DNA of 64,000 bases from Patescibacteria group bacterium (GTDB taxonomy: Bacteria; Patescibacteriota; Patescibacteriia; UBA9934; GWF2-40-263), in the NCBI GenBank assembly GCA_018814025.1, contig JAHJAM010000002.1, positions 2,798 through 66,797 of the forward strand, given 5' to 3'. This document shows positions 1-10,736 of this stretch, in pieces. Every line of letters starts with the position of its first letter. Positions within the stretch are counted from its first letter, which is position 1. Position numbers and translations under genes: made by a program. The notes under the pieces were generated by a model. That model made no database searches. It had not been told where the DNA came from and worked only from the letters and a program-made list of their open reading frames with translations.

Positions 1-37
1 CCCCAGTTACTAGTTACTAGCCCCTAGTATTCAATAT

Positions 38-952
38 ATGTTTGTCTCCATTTTACGAATTACCAAGTTCGCAGGCCAGAATTTCTGGCGGAATTTTTGG
101 TTGTCCTTGATCACCATCTCCATGCTGGTTTTGACTTTGCTGACCATCAACGTGCTGCTGGTTTTGAATTTGGTGACGGACAAGGCGATTGAGTACGTGG
201 AACAGCGGATTGAAGTTTCGGTTTATTTCAACGCGGGCGTGGAGCAAGAAAAAGTGACCAATACGGCCGGCTATTTGCGGGATTTGCCTCAGGTGCGGGA
301 CGTGGAAACCATTACCGCGGCAGAAGCCTATGATCGTTTTCAAGTCCGCCATGCCGGCGATACCGCGATTTTAACTTCTTTGGAAGAGATTGGGGATAAT
401 CCGTTCGGCCCGACTTTGGTGGTGAAAGCTTTTTCGGCTAATGATTTTCCGTTTATTTTAAGCGCTTTGGACAATCCGCAATTCCGCGACGCGATTCGGG
501 ATAAAGATTTCAGCAGTTATGAGGAGGTGATTAGCCGGATCCGCTACACCACGGATCGGATTCGCTTGTTCGGCTTGGGCTTGTCCGTGATCTTTTTGTT
601 GATCGCCATGCTGATTGTCTTTAACACCGTGCGCATGGGGATTTTTACCCACCGGGAAGAAATTGGCATCATGAAGCTGGTGGGCGCGTCCAATTGGTTC
701 GTGCGCGCGCCGTTTTTGCTGGAGGTCATCGGCTACAGTCTTTTGTCCACCGTCATTATGGCGGCTTTGATGTATCCGACCATCGCTTTTATGGAAACTC
801 GGTTTGATTCGTATTTTGACGGGCAAGCCACGCATTTATTGCAGTATTTTGAAATGAACGGCTGGATGATTTTCGGCGCGCAGTTTTTGGCCGTGGCTTT
901 GATCAGCATGATTGCCACCGGGTTTGCTATGAGGAAGTATTTGAAAGTTTAA
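38..952 (+). CDS. ftsX: FtsX-like cell-division permease
   Basis: 304 aa with 4 predicted TM segments and the typical FtsX topology (N-terminal TM, large periplasmic loop, C-terminal TM triplet). The upstream partner ftsE would lie outside the window. Confidence 0.65.
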   Translation: MFVSILRITKFAGQNFWRNFWLSLITISMLVLTLLTINVLLVLNLVTDKAIEYVEQRIEVSVYFNAGVEQEKVTNTAGYLRDLPQVRDVETITAAEAYDRFQVRHAGDTAILTSLEEIGDNPFGPTLVVKAFSANDFPFILSALDNPQFRDAIRDKDFSSYEEVISRIRYTTDRIRLFGLGLSVIFLLIAMLIVFNTVRMGIFTHREEIGIMKLVGASNWFVRAPFLLEVIGYSLLSTVIMAALMYPTIAFMETRFDSYFDGQATHLLQYFEMNGWMIFGAQFLAVALISMIATGFAMRKYLKV

Positions 953-967
953 AAATATTGATAATTT

Positions 968-1498
968 ATGTTTAAGAAAATTGCCGTCATCGCGATTCTC
1001 GTCATTGCCGTCTTGTTGGCGATGCGATATTACACTGTGGTAAAAAAAGTTGATCCTTTAATGTATTCAATCGATTCGAAAATTGCCACGGTTGAGAAGC
1101 AAGCTTTCGGTGCCGGGTATTTTAATCTGACAACATTATCGGCTCTTGCCCGAGAGTGCGGCACAACAGTTGATAGTGAACATTTACGGTCAATAGAAAC
1201 CAAGCTCAATCCATTGATGGGCGTAAAGTATATTTTTACTTATCAAGGTGAAAGTCAGCAGGCTAATGTATATGTGGTAACGGTAATTCCCAATGCCCCG
1301 GGCTATGAAACTCTTGATCAATTTAAGAAAGATTTTGATTTTTGTGCGGTCGGCGGTGATTATTACCCCCATGCTTTAAGTGCTGGCTGGTTGATGTTTG
1401 TCAGTAGTTGCGGATCAGGATATCGCGACGAATCCGGTCGTCCGGTTGGTTGTGAGGAAGTGGAAAAAGCGCTCGGAGACAGTCTTAAATTAAAATAA
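968..1498 (+). CDS. hypothetical membrane-anchored protein
   Basis: 176-aa ORF with an N-terminal hydrophobic helix and no recognisable motifs. A bidirectional terminator follows it. Confidence 0.45.
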   Translation: MFKKIAVIAILVIAVLLAMRYYTVVKKVDPLMYSIDSKIATVEKQAFGAGYFNLTTLSALARECGTTVDSEHLRSIETKLNPLMGVKYIFTYQGESQQANVYVVTVIPNAPGYETLDQFKKDFDFCAVGGDYYPHALSAGWLMFVSSCGSGYRDESGRPVGCEEVEKALGDSLKLK

Positions 1499-1510
1499 GC
1501 TTGTAGGTTT

Positions 1511-1555
1511 AAAAAACACCCCGGGAAACCAGATTGGTTTCCCGGGGTTTTGTGG
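1511..1555. terminator. bidirectional rho-independent terminator between convergent genes
   Basis: Hairpin aaaaaacaccccgggaaacc...ggtttcccggggtttt with A-run and T-run flanks. Confidence 0.5.
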
Positions 1556-1556
1556 C

Positions 1557-1937
1557 TCACGCGGCCGTGATCAAGGCCACGACGGTGAGCAGATCGGCCG
1601 GAGGAGCCGGCTTCTTAATGAAGTACCAGCCATGGGCTTGAACATCTTGCTCGGTGATGATGCCGCCGGTCTGGCCGGATATGAAGAGGATCTTCTGTTC
1701 CGGCTTGAGGGAACAGATTTTCTCGGCCAACTGACGACCGTTCATGCCCGGCATCATGACGTCGGTGATGACCAAGTGGAACACGGTTCCGTTGCGCTGA
1801 ACCGCTTGCCAGGCCGCGAGCGGATCCGTGAAGCTGGTGATCTGATAACCTTCTCTGGTGAACACGCGAGTCAGGGCGCGAACCACGTTCTCATCGTCAT
1901 CGACCAGAAGAAGGTGTTTGGGAGCGGGATCGGCCAT
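1557..1937 (-). CDS. single-domain response regulator (CheY-like receiver)
   Basis: LLLVDDDENVVRAL...VITDVMMPGMNGRQL carries the receiver-domain acidic pocket and the phospho-acceptor Asp context. The gene is GC-rich relative to its neighbours. Confidence 0.75.
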   Translation of the reverse strand: MADPAPKHLLLVDDDENVVRALTRVFTREGYQITSFTDPLAAWQAVQRNGTVFHLVITDVMMPGMNGRQLAEKICSLKPEQKILFISGQTGGIITEQDVQAHGWYFIKKPAPPADLLTVVALITAA

Positions 1938-2042
1938 GCTGGTTCCTCCGGGGGGTGAAAGAAACGTCCGGATGGGACGGAAAGAACGAAACGATTAGGA
2001 AATAATAGGACCTTTTTTCGGTTTGGTAAAGGGTAGACAGAC

Positions 2043-2070
2043 AAAAGAACGACCCGCAGGTCGTTCTTTT
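2043..2070 (-). terminator. hairpin terminator downstream of tRNA-Gln
   Basis: Perfect 10-bp stem aagaacgacc/ggtcgttctt with loop CGCA and T-rich flanks. Confidence 0.4.
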
Positions 2071-2071
2071 A

Positions 2072-2145
2072 TGGTTCCGGGACGTGGATTCGAACCACGA
2101 TTGACGGCTTCAAAGGCCGCTGTCCTGCCATTAGACGATCCCGGA
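2072..2145 (-). tRNA. tRNA-Gln (anticodon UUG)
   Basis: Manually folded cloverleaf: acceptor TCCGGGA/TCCCGGA, anticodon stem GCGGC/GCCGT, loop CTTTGAA, T-loop TTCGAAT, encoded CCA. Confidence 0.85.
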
Positions 2146-2155
2146 ATGTGCGAAG

Positions 2156-2184
2156 AATATAACATGTTTTTTCTGGTAAATCAA
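2156..2184 (-). promoter_or_regulatory. sigma70-like promoter for tRNA-Gln(UUG)
   Basis: On the minus strand, TTGATT-17nt-TATATT followed by leader ...CGCACAT immediately 5' of the tRNA. The same leader heptamer precedes the second tRNA-Gln. Confidence 0.4.
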
Positions 2185-2209
2185 GAGACGCGTGCTATAA
2201 TCGCCTGAT

Positions 2210-3127
2210 ATGTCCTACGTATCCGTAATTAAAGGAAATGACCGGAGGGAAAACGTCAGGCAAGCGCTCGAGGCTTTGCCGGCCAGCGTTTGGGATAAAT
2301 TAAAGATCGCTCGCACGGTTTTGATTAAGCCGAATTTGGTGCATCATCAAAATCAGCTGGCTTCGACTCATGTTGATGCGGTGCGGGCGGTCATGGACGC
2401 GGTGCGCGCGCGATCGCAAGCCCGGATCGTGGTGGGTGATTCTTCATATCATGGCACCAAGCCGGCGTTTCGTAATTTCGGCTATGAGAATTTGCCGAAT
2501 GAATATGAGAATGTGCGTTTGTTTGATCTAAACGACGACGAGACAGTGCCCGGGTATTTCATGAAGCGCGAGGGTTCAAAAGGGGAAATGGGATTTTCGA
2601 AAACCGTGGCGGAAGCGGATTTTACCGTCTGCTTAACGCCGATGAAGACGCATCGAGACGTGGGTGTGTCTCTGACTACGAAGAATTGGACGATTGGTAC
2701 TTGGGTGCCGGAAGCGCGCATCGGCTTGCAGGGGCGATATTGGCCGCGCTGGATGTATTTGCACGCGGAAGGACCGGAAGCGCATAATTCCACGATCGCG
2801 GAGCTGCTGCATCAACACCGACCGGATTTGGCCGTGCTTGACGCGTTTTTGGCCATGGAAGGCGACGGGCCGACCAAGGGCGAACCCATCAAGCTAGACC
2901 TGGCTTTAGCCGGGGACGATTGCGTGAGCGTGGATCGCATGGCTTGCGAGTTGATGAGTATTGATCCTTATGACATCGGCTATCTTGTTATGGCTAATCA
3001 AAGAGGATACGGTATAATGGATAAAAGTCGGATTGAACTCTCGGGTGAAACCGATTTATCATCACTTAAAAAAGAATTTAAAAAGCCGGAGACGTGGTCG
3101 AAACACGTGTTGGCTTGGAAAAAATAA
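2210..3127 (+). CDS. DUF362 domain protein
   Basis: Motifs LIKPNLV and VGDSSY are typical of DUF362. An extended -10 TGcTATAAT lies at 2192-2200. Confidence 0.5.
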   Translation: MSYVSVIKGNDRRENVRQALEALPASVWDKLKIARTVLIKPNLVHHQNQLASTHVDAVRAVMDAVRARSQARIVVGDSSYHGTKPAFRNFGYENLPNEYENVRLFDLNDDETVPGYFMKREGSKGEMGFSKTVAEADFTVCLTPMKTHRDVGVSLTTKNWTIGTWVPEARIGLQGRYWPRWMYLHAEGPEAHNSTIAELLHQHRPDLAVLDAFLAMEGDGPTKGEPIKLDLALAGDDCVSVDRMACELMSIDPYDIGYLVMANQRGYGIMDKSRIELSGETDLSSLKKEFKKPETWSKHVLAWKK

Positions 3128-3128
3128 T

Positions 3129-3647
3129 ATGTCTGAAGAAAAAAAGAAATGTTTGTTCGTGGGCCGATTTCAGCCGTTTCATAACGGACACTTGATGGTG
3201 GTGTCGGGCATGGCCAAGGTGTGCAATCAAGTGATTATCGCCATCGGCAGCGCCAATGCGGAAAAGAGCTTAAAAAATCCTTTCACGGTCGAACAGCGGC
3301 GGGAAATGATCCAGCGCGCGCTGCAGTCGCAAGATTTGATTCCCAAATACGATATCAGCTTCATTGAGGTTGATGACAAAGAATCGGATTATGATTGGAC
3401 CAATCAGGTGTTGGAGCTGGCCGGGGATGACGTGGCGCAAGTTTGGACCGGGGACGAATGGACTAAGAAATGCTTTCAAGAAAAAGAAATCGAAGTCAAA
3501 GACATTAAAGAAGTGCCGGGCATCAGTGCCACGCAAGTGCGGCAGCTGATGATCGAGGACGGCGATTGGCACTTGAAGGTGCCGCCGGAAGTGGCGGATT
3601 ACCTGGATACGATTGGCGGCGTGGCGCGCGTAAAGTCATTAGCATGA
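3129..3647 (+). CDS. nicotinamide-nucleotide adenylyltransferase, archaeal NadM type
   Basis: GRFQPFHNGH matches the (H/T)xGH cytidylyltransferase motif, and the C-terminal ISATQVRQLM resembles the archaeal NMNAT ISGTxIR motif. The start was re-set to the ATG at 3129, which overlaps the upstream stop. Confidence 0.65.
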   Translation: MSEEKKKCLFVGRFQPFHNGHLMVVSGMAKVCNQVIIAIGSANAEKSLKNPFTVEQRREMIQRALQSQDLIPKYDISFIEVDDKESDYDWTNQVLELAGDDVAQVWTGDEWTKKCFQEKEIEVKDIKEVPGISATQVRQLMIEDGDWHLKVPPEVADYLDTIGGVARVKSLA

Positions 3648-4162
3648 GGCATCGAATCGGTAAGATTATCACGGCCGGTAAGCACGCGCTGCGAACGAAG
3701 CGCGATTGGTTTTGGTTTTTGGTGGCGAGCTTGGGATTTTTTTTATTGTTCGTGATGATTCCGGTTTGGACCACGCCGGGCGATGATTTTTTCTTTCATT
3801 TGTCCATCATGAAGTTTGAGGTTTATGGGTTGATGATCAGCTTGTCGTTTTTGAATGCTTATGTGATCAGCTTGCATCGGCATATTCGCCGGGTGCAGAA
3901 GGCGGCAGTGACCGCGACTCAAGTTGGATCCGGATTAAGCGCTTTGGCCAGCGGCTTGTTGGCCACGGTCGGTTGCGGAGCTTGTTATTCGAGTTTATTG
4001 GCCTTGTTCGGCTTGAGCGGTTCGGTGTTTATTGTTGAACATCGCTGGTGGTTTGCGGCCATGGCCGGGGGCTTGGCGATTTGGGCCATTGATTCAGCGG
4101 CCGAGAAGATAGTGGGCGGATGCACAAAGTGCCGGATTGAATCGGTTGACACCCCCTCATAA
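3644..4162 (+). CDS. hypothetical membrane protein with CxxC (GCGACYSS) motif
   Basis: Multi-TM ORF whose start overlaps the NadM stop (ATGA). Function unknown. Confidence 0.45.
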   Translation: MRHRIGKIITAGKHALRTKRDWFWFLVASLGFFLLFVMIPVWTTPGDDFFFHLSIMKFEVYGLMISLSFLNAYVISLHRHIRRVQKAAVTATQVGSGLSALASGLLATVGCGACYSSLLALFGLSGSVFIVEHRWWFAAMAGGLAIWAIDSAAEKIVGGCTKCRIESVDTPS

Positions 4163-4232
4163 TCTGTTAGTCTAAGAGGACAATCTGTTTGATCCCCCCT
4201 AGAGTCCAAGCTCTACGGGGATTTTGCGTTGT

Positions 4233-6233
4233 ATGGATAAATTTAAATTAAAAGCACCCTATCAGCCGGCTGGCGATCAGCCCAAAGCCATTGAACAATT
4301 AATGGCTGGTTTGGATTCGGGGAAAAAATTTCAAACTTTGCTGGGCGTGACCGGCTCGGGCAAAACCTACACCATGGCCAACGTGATTGCTAAATCCAAT
4401 CGCCCCACTTTGGTGATCGCCCATAACAAAACTTTGGCGGCCCAGCTTTGCAATGAGTTTCGAGAATTTTTTCCGGATCATGCCGTGGAATATTTCGTCA
4501 GTTATTACGATTACTATCAACCCGAGGCCTACATGCCGCGCTCGGATACTTATATTGAAAAAGAAGCGCAGATTAATGATGAGATTGATCGGCTGCGCCA
4601 CGCGGCCACCCAAGCCATTCTCACGCGGCGCGATGTGATTATCGTGGCCTCGGTTTCTTGCATTTATGCTTTGGGTTCGCCTGAGGAATATAAGGCCACG
4701 GTTTTGCATTTGCAGGTCGGGGAGGGGAATCGGGCGGATATTTTGCATACTTTGGTTAAATTGCAGTTTGAACGTACGAATGCGGACTTAACGCGCGGCC
4801 ATTACCGGGTGCGCGGCGATGTTCTGGAAATCATGCCCGTGGATCACGAAATAATATATCGCGTGACTTTTGCGGACGACGCGGTGGCGAAAATCGACCA
4901 AATGGATCCGATTACGCGCAAAAAGCTTGAGGAATATCAGGACGCTTGGCTGTTTCCGGCCACTCACTTTGTGGTTTCGCCAGCTAAACAACAACAGGCT
5001 TTGCGGGAAATTAAGCGCGAACTGGAGCAGCAATTAAAGAAAATGGATAAGGAAGGGAAAGTTTTGGAAGCCGAGCGTTTAAAGCGGCGCACTCGTTATG
5101 ATTTGGAAATGATTCAAAATATCGGCTATTGCAACGGCATTGAAAATTATTCGCGCTATTTTGACGGCCGAGCCCCGGGCCAGCCACCATATTCGCTGAT
5201 GGATTTTTTCCCCAAGGATTATTTGTTGATTATTGATGAATCGCACGTGACCGTGCCGCAAATCGGCGGCATGTACGAGGGGGATCGGGCGCGCAAGGAA
5301 ACTTTGGTGGAGCACGGGTTCCGCTTGCCTTCGGCCAAAGACAATCGGCCGCTGAAGTTTGAAGAATTTGAAGAGCGGGTCAATCAAGTAATTTTTACCA
5401 CGGCCACGCCGGGCAAATATGAATTGAAGAACAGCGAGCAAGTGGTGGAACAGATTATTCGGCCCACAGGGCTGATTGATCCGGAAGTAGTCGTGAGACC
5501 TGTATCTGGTGATGATAAGCAAAAAGGCCAGGTGGATGATTTGATCGAGGAAATTGTCACGCGAGCTAAGAAAAATGAGCGTTCGCTGGTCACGACTCTG
5601 ACCAAGCGCATGGCCGAGGATTTAACCGAGTTTTTGAAAGAACGCGACATTAAAGTGCAATATCTCCACTCTGATGTGCAAACTTTGGATCGGATTACGA
5701 TTTTGTCGGATTTTCGCCAGGGCAAATATGATTGCTTGGTGGGCGTGAATTTGCTGCGCGAAGGCTTGGATTTGCCGGAAGTGACGCTGGTGGCGATTTT
5801 GGATGCGGATAAGGAAGGTTTTTTGCGCAGTGCAACATCTTTGATTCAGACCATTGGCCGGGCCGCGCGCAATGTGGCTGGCAAAGTAATTTTGTACGCG
5901 GATAATATGACCGGTTCGCTGGGCCAGGCTTTGAAAGAAACCAATCGGCGCCGGAAAATTCAGCTGGCCCATAACCAAAAGCACCGCATCACGCCGAAAT
6001 CGATTAAGAAAGAAATTCATGATATTCGCGGCCTGCTGGGCGGGGAAGAAATTCCGGACATCAAAGATATTTTGAAACTGGAATTAACGGCCGAGCCGCA
6101 CGAAATCAAAGAAGTGATCGCGGAAAAAGAATATGACATGAAAGAAGCGGCCAAGAAATTGGATTTTGAGACAGCCGCGATTCTGCGGGATGAGATTAGA
6201 TTGTTGAATAATGAGTTGAAAGGAAGACAGTAG
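4233..6233 (+). CDS. uvrB: excinuclease ABC subunit B
   Basis: FKL..PY.PAGDQPKAI and the Walker A motif GVTGSGKT; 667 aa. The start was set at the ATG with GGGGA 11 nt upstream. Confidence 0.95.
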   Translation: MDKFKLKAPYQPAGDQPKAIEQLMAGLDSGKKFQTLLGVTGSGKTYTMANVIAKSNRPTLVIAHNKTLAAQLCNEFREFFPDHAVEYFVSYYDYYQPEAYMPRSDTYIEKEAQINDEIDRLRHAATQAILTRRDVIIVASVSCIYALGSPEEYKATVLHLQVGEGNRADILHTLVKLQFERTNADLTRGHYRVRGDVLEIMPVDHEIIYRVTFADDAVAKIDQMDPITRKKLEEYQDAWLFPATHFVVSPAKQQQALREIKRELEQQLKKMDKEGKVLEAERLKRRTRYDLEMIQNIGYCNGIENYSRYFDGRAPGQPPYSLMDFFPKDYLLIIDESHVTVPQIGGMYEGDRARKETLVEHGFRLPSAKDNRPLKFEEFEERVNQVIFTTATPGKYELKNSEQVVEQIIRPTGLIDPEVVVRPVSGDDKQKGQVDDLIEEIVTRAKKNERSLVTTLTKRMAEDLTEFLKERDIKVQYLHSDVQTLDRITILSDFRQGKYDCLVGVNLLREGLDLPEVTLVAILDADKEGFLRSATSLIQTIGRAARNVAGKVILYADNMTGSLGQALKETNRRRKIQLAHNQKHRITPKSIKKEIHDIRGLLGGEEIPDIKDILKLELTAEPHEIKEVIAEKEYDMKEAAKKLDFETAAILRDEIRLLNNELKGRQ

Positions 6234-6311
6234 AAGGTAGAGAGTAGAAAGGGAATTCACTTTCTACTTTCTACAGCGAGCCATGCGAGCGATATTACTT
6301 TTTACATAACT

Positions 6312-8834
6312 ATGAGCACAGATAAAATAACCATCAGAGGAGCGCGCGAACATAACCTGAAAAACATTAACCTGGAGATTCCGCGCAATAAACTGGTTTG
6401 CATTACCGGCGTTTCCGGCAGTGGCAAGTCCAGTTTGGCTTTTGATACGATTTTTGCCGAGGGCCAGCGCCGCTATGTTGAGTCTTTATCCGCTTACGCG
6501 CGGCAGTTTTTAGGGCAAATGGAAAAGCCGGATGTGGATGAAATCGAAGGCCTTTCGCCGGCCATTTCCATTGATCAAAAAGCGCACAGCTCCAATCCGC
6601 GCTCGACCGTGGCCACGATCACGGAGATTTACGATTATTTGCGCGTGCTGTTCGCACGCATCGGCCGGCCGCATTGCGTGAAGTGCGGACGGGAAATCCA
6701 GAAATTGACCATTGAAGAAATGGTGGACGTGGTTTTGAAGCGGCAAACCGCGGACAAAGGCGCGATTAAAATCTTGGCGCCGGTGGTGCGCGGGCGCAAG
6801 GGCGAGTATTATCAAATGCTTTACGATCTTTATAATTCGGGTTTTGCGCGCGTGCGCATTGACGGTCAAGAATACGATCTCAACAGCGAGATTAAGTTAG
6901 CGCGCTATCAACAGCATACGATTGAAGTGGTGGTGGATACGATTCCCGTGTCCTTGTTTGCCGCCGACGCGAAAGAAGCGCGCCAGCGCTTGGCGGATGC
7001 TTTGGAAATTGCCGTGGCGCGCGGGAATGACGTGGCCACGGTGATTTATCCGGACCAAAGCGAGCAAATGCTGTCCTCGAAATTCAGCTGTCCGGATGAC
7101 GGTTTTTCTTTTCCGGAAATCGAGCCGCGCTTATTTTCTTTTAATTCACCCTACGGTGCGTGCCAGGATTGCACGGGCTTGGGTACGGTGGAGCTGTTTA
7201 GCGAGGAAAAATGCCACACTTGCGAGGGCCAGCGTCTGCGCCCTGAGGCCTTGCATGTTTGGCTGCCGAAAAAAGGCGCCAAAGGCGTTTCGATCGTGGA
7301 TATCACCCGCATGAGCGTGGAGGAAGCCGGGGAATATTTTATAGATATTGTTTTGGACGAGCGGGAAAAGGAAATCGCGGGCACGGTTTTGAATGAAATT
7401 TTGAACCGTTTGCAGTTTATGCTGGACGTGGGGCTTCATTATTTAACTTTGGACCGCATGGCCGGCACTTTGTCCGGCGGCGAAGCGCAGCGCATTCGTT
7501 TGGCTTCGCAAGTCGGTTCGCGCTTAGTGGGCGCGCTTTATGTGCTGGACGAGCCGACTATCGGTTTGCATCAGCGCGATAATGATCGCTTGATCCAAAC
7601 TCTGACCGAATTGCGCGACTTGGGCAATTCGGTTTTGATCGTGGAGCATGATGAGGACACGATTCGGGCCAGCGACCATATGATTGAAATCGGGCCGGGC
7701 GCGGGCGTGCACGGCGGCGAAGTGGTGTGCAATGGCAGCGTGCCGGAGATTTTTAAGGATCAAAAGTCCTTGACCGCGGCTTATTTGCGCGGAGACGAAA
7801 AAATTGACGTGCCCCGGGAGCGGCGTGCCATCGGCCATGACCGGATTAAAATTGTGGGCGCGAGCGAACATAACTTAAAAAACATCAACGTGGAAATTCC
7901 GCTGCGCCGGTTTGTTTGCATTACCGGCGTGTCCGGATCCGGGAAATCAACTTTGGCTTATGAAACCATGTATAAGTCGATTGCTAAGCGTTTGTATGGC
8001 AGTAAGCATCGACCAGGCAAGCATAAATCGTTGTTGGGCATTGAATATATCGACAAAGCGATTTTGATCGATCAGGGCGCGATCGGCCGTTCTTCCCGAT
8101 CCAACCCGGCCACTTATACCGGAGTTTGGGCGCCGGTGCGTGAATTATTTTCGGCCACGGAGGAAGCGCGCTATCGCGGCTATAAGCCGGGCCGGTTCAG
8201 TTTCAATCGGCCGGGCGGGCGCTGCGAACATTGCGAAGGCCATGGATTATTGGCCATTGAAATGCACTTTTTGCCCACGGTGTATGTGACTTGCGACGTG
8301 TGCAAAGGCCGGCGTTTTGATCGGGAAACTTTGGAGATTGAATATAAAGAAAAAAATATCCATGACGTGCTGGAAATGACCGTGGAGGAAGGCTATGAAT
8401 TTTTTAAAGAGATTCCGCCGATTGCGGACAAGTTGAAAACTTTAAATGAAGTGGGTTTGGGCTATTTGAAGATGGGCCAGCCGGCGCCAACCTTATCCGG
8501 CGGGGAAGCGCAGCGCGTGAAGCTGGCTTCGGAATTATCCAAACGGCAAACCGGACGCACTTTGTATTTATTAGACGAGCCGACCACGGGTTTGCATTTT
8601 GCGGATGTAAAAAAACTTTTGGAAGTTTTGCATTCACTGGTGGATAAGGGCAACAGCGTGATTGTGATCGAACACAACTTGGATGTGATTAAAACCGCGG
8701 ATTGGCTGATTGACTTGGGACCGGAAGGTGGTGACAAGGGCGGGGAAGTGGTCAAATGCGGTACACCGGAAGAAATCGCCCGGCACGCGCCATCGTATAC
8801 TGGGGAATATTTGAAGCGGATGTTTAAGAAGTGA
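6312..8834 (+). CDS. uvrA: excinuclease ABC subunit A
   Basis: HNLKNI...[34 protein letters not shown], two ABC modules and zinc-finger cysteines. Confidence 0.95.
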   Translation: MSTDKITIRGAREHNLKNINLEIPRNKLVCITGVSGSGKSSLAFDTIFAEGQRRYVESLSAYARQFLGQMEKPDVDEIEGLSPAISIDQKAHSSNPRSTVATITEIYDYLRVLFARIGRPHCVKCGREIQKLTIEEMVDVVLKRQTADKGAIKILAPVVRGRKGEYYQMLYDLYNSGFARVRIDGQEYDLNSEIKLARYQQHTIEVVVDTIPVSLFAADAKEARQRLADALEIAVARGNDVATVIYPDQSEQMLSSKFSCPDDGFSFPEIEPRLFSFNSPYGACQDCTGLGTVELFSEEKCHTCEGQRLRPEALHVWLPKKGAKGVSIVDITRMSVEEAGEYFIDIVLDEREKEIAGTVLNEILNRLQFMLDVGLHYLTLDRMAGTLSGGEAQRIRLASQVGSRLVGALYVLDEPTIGLHQRDNDRLIQTLTELRDLGNSVLIVEHDEDTIRASDHMIEIGPGAGVHGGEVVCNGSVPEIFKDQKSLTAAYLRGDEKIDVPRERRAIGHDRIKIVGASEHNLKNINVEIPLRRFVCITGVSGSGKSTLAYETMYKSIAKRLYGSKHRPGKHKSLLGIEYIDKAILIDQGAIGRSSRSNPATYTGVWAPVRELFSATEEARYRGYKPGRFSFNRPGGRCEHCEGHGLLAIEMHFLPTVYVTCDVCKGRRFDRETLEIEYKEKNIHDVLEMTVEEGYEFFKEIPPIADKLKTLNEVGLGYLKMGQPAPTLSGGEAQRVKLASELSKRQTGRTLYLLDEPTTGLHFADVKKLLEVLHSLVDKGNSVIVIEHNLDVIKTADWLIDLGPEGGDKGGEVVKCGTPEEIARHAPSYTGEYLKRMFKK

Positions 8835-8861
8835 TAATTGTGCTTAAATTAGTCAAATCTA

Positions 8862-8890
8862 TTGACATAATGGTTAAAATACTGTAGATT
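8862..8890 (+). promoter_or_regulatory. sigma70-like promoter upstream of the repeat-protein gene
   Basis: TTGACA-17nt-TAGATT. Confidence 0.35.
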
Positions 8891-9004
8891 TAAGTCCTTC
8901 CAGCATGCCGTTGGGAGAAACAGCCGTCTAGGGCAATGAAGGCGCGACGCGTTCGACTAGTGCGAACGTCCGCGCTGCTGCACCTAACGCGGCAGGAGAG
9001 GCAA

Positions 9005-10153
9005 ATGGAAAAAGCAGTGTCAGGAGTTTTCGCGGAATTGGTCGCCCAGCTGCACAGCGGCCGGCGCCTTACCTTCGAGCATCTCAAGGAATTCCTTGAC
9101 GACCCGCAGGCGGTCATTCCCAGGCAGAATGGAGAATTCGAGATCCTGCTCGCCCTTTTAAAACCGAACGAGGAAGTCATGGAGTTCGGTCTTGAGGACG
9201 ACCGGCAGGCCCTGGTGATCAAGCGCGACAAGGAATATTTTGCGGTGCTGGACGGCGTCGAGCATGGACCCTACGCCGAGATCAAGAGTTTCTTGCATGA
9301 TGACACCCACTTTTGTTTCGCGGCTAAGCGCGGCGAAAACTGGTTTGTGGTCAGGGATGGCGGGGAGTTCGGACCCTACGATCACATCAACGACCTGAAG
9401 TACAGCAACGACCATGTCTTTTTTGAGATCTCCACGGTCATCAATGGCGAAAAAACAGCCGTAGCCGTTCTGGATGGTAAGGTGTTGGGGTCGACGGGCG
9501 GACGCAGCCACGTTGGTTTGGTCGATGGCCACCATTTTTTTGTCCACCCGAGAGATGATGGAGAATGTTATGTGAGTTTGGACGACCAGAAATTTGGGCC
9601 GTTCGCTCCGGTTTCCGGCTTGGGGTATGCGGAAGGCCATTTTTTCTTCATCGAAGGGAACCGCATCCATCTGGACCGCGAAACCATCGATGTTGACGGG
9701 ACTCCTCATCTGGTGGGATATGCGGAAGGCCATCTTTTCTACATCCTCGAACGCACATGTAATCAGAAGAGCGAGTGCTATGCGGTTCTGGATGGAAAAG
9801 AATTTGGGCCGTACGAGTTTTGTGCCAGACCGAATCTTGGTTATTCGGAAGGCCATTTCTATTTTCTGATCGTCGCAGACCGTACGTATGGTGAGGTGAT
9901 CGGAGTCATGGTGGACGGAAAGCAAATCGCCCGCGTCGGCAATGCCTATGACTTGCAGTATTCAAATGGCCACTCATTGTTTCACATGTGGAATTCGGAA
10001 ACCCGAATTGTCCGGGTAATCATGGACGGGCGGTTAGGTGACACGAACATGGATTACGACACAATTTACCTCACGCAGGCCAAGGATAATCGCTTGTTCA
10101 TCTATGGCCGGCGCGGACGGCGGATTTACAAAACCGTCATTCCTCTCAAGTAG
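9005..10153 (+). CDS. tandem-repeat protein with ~38-aa DG.EFGPY...H.FF repeats, unknown family
   Basis: At least 7 degenerate repeats. A strong SD (GGAGAGG) precedes the ATG at 9005. GC content is about 58%, against roughly 48% in the flanks. Confidence 0.6.
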   Translation: MEKAVSGVFAELVAQLHSGRRLTFEHLKEFLDDPQAVIPRQNGEFEILLALLKPNEEVMEFGLEDDRQALVIKRDKEYFAVLDGVEHGPYAEIKSFLHDDTHFCFAAKRGENWFVVRDGGEFGPYDHINDLKYSNDHVFFEISTVINGEKTAVAVLDGKVLGSTGGRSHVGLVDGHHFFVHPRDDGECYVSLDDQKFGPFAPVSGLGYAEGHFFFIEGNRIHLDRETIDVDGTPHLVGYAEGHLFYILERTCNQKSECYAVLDGKEFGPYEFCARPNLGYSEGHFYFLIVADRTYGEVIGVMVDGKQIARVGNAYDLQYSNGHSLFHMWNSETRIVRVIMDGRLGDTNMDYDTIYLTQAKDNRLFIYGRRGRRIYKTVIPLK

Positions 10154-10177
10154 TTCGTTTCTCGCACTATCTCAGCG

Positions 10178-10238
10178 CGTTCCCCCTCGGGAGCGCGCTT
10201 TTTTAATTAATAAAACGGACCCAAGGGGGTCCGTTTGC
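10178..10238. terminator. pair of convergent hairpin terminators
   Basis: agcgcgttcccc..gggagcgcgc followed by TTTTTT on the plus strand, and aaacggaccc..gggtccgttt serving the minus-strand gene. Confidence 0.5.
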
Positions 10239-10239
10239 G

Positions 10240-10644
10240 CTAGAGGAGGCCGAGGAAGCCGAGCCAGCGGCCGTTTTTTGCCCATTGTTTCGGATAGGTG
10301 CGATCAGGGCGTGAGGGCAGGCGCGGATCTTCGCGAAAACGTCTCATGTATTCGGGTTGGGATGGGCATCTCAGCTTGAGTGCGGATTCATGCGCTTCTC
10401 GATAAGTGAGATATTTTTTGATTTTGGGGGCTTGGCCTAAAAATCCGGACATACCGCCAATGCGTTTCCAAGCTCGTTGACCGTAGAATTTATCCGGATT
10501 GGAAGGCAGACGCTTATCGAGATTGTAAAATTCGGCGTATTGAACTCCGGTCTCGAAACCGAGGTTTTGCGCTGCCTGACTGGCTTGTTGGATTTTTGAG
10601 TAAAATCGCGCTCGAGGATCGTATTTTTTTCGTCTTTGAACCAT
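10240..10644 (-). CDS. repeat protein with ~45-aa EDPRLP...Y..W..GGW..FLG repeats (short paralog)
   Basis: 2-3 copies of the same repeat seen in the adjacent upstream gene. Confidence 0.5.
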   Translation of the reverse strand: MVQRRKKYDPRARFYSKIQQASQAAQNLGFETGVQYAEFYNLDKRLPSNPDKFYGQRAWKRIGGMSGFLGQAPKIKKYLTYREAHESALKLRCPSQPEYMRRFREDPRLPSRPDRTYPKQWAKNGRWLGFLGLL

Positions 10645-10702
10645 TTGTTTCTCCTAACCTTAAGGAACTGGCTTTAATCTATGCTTTTTGGCGGGCGAAG
10701 TC

Positions 10703-10731
10703 AAAAAAAGGACCGCCAAGGGGCGGTCCGG
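10703..10731 (-). terminator. rho-independent terminator
   Basis: GGACCGCC-AAGG-GGCGGTCC hairpin followed by a T7 run on the minus strand, directly after the stop of gene 10737..11732. Confidence 0.55.
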
Positions 10732-10736
10732 AGAGA

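Noticed and set aside
1632-1958. Plus-strand ORF 1632..1958 (108 aa) and similar antisense ORFs, for example 36966..37514 (-), 63066..63659 (-), 9158..9925 (-) and 32702..33127 (+)
   Set aside because: Each lies entirely within, and antisense to, a confidently identified gene (response regulator, recJ, pilT, repeat protein, rimK). Their composition is low-complexity, reflecting GC-rich antisense frames.
4163-4223. Direct repeat aatctgtt x2 upstream of uvrB as a regulatory element
   Set aside because: Only two short (8-nt) copies with no dyad or recognisable box, which is plausible by chance in 64 kb.
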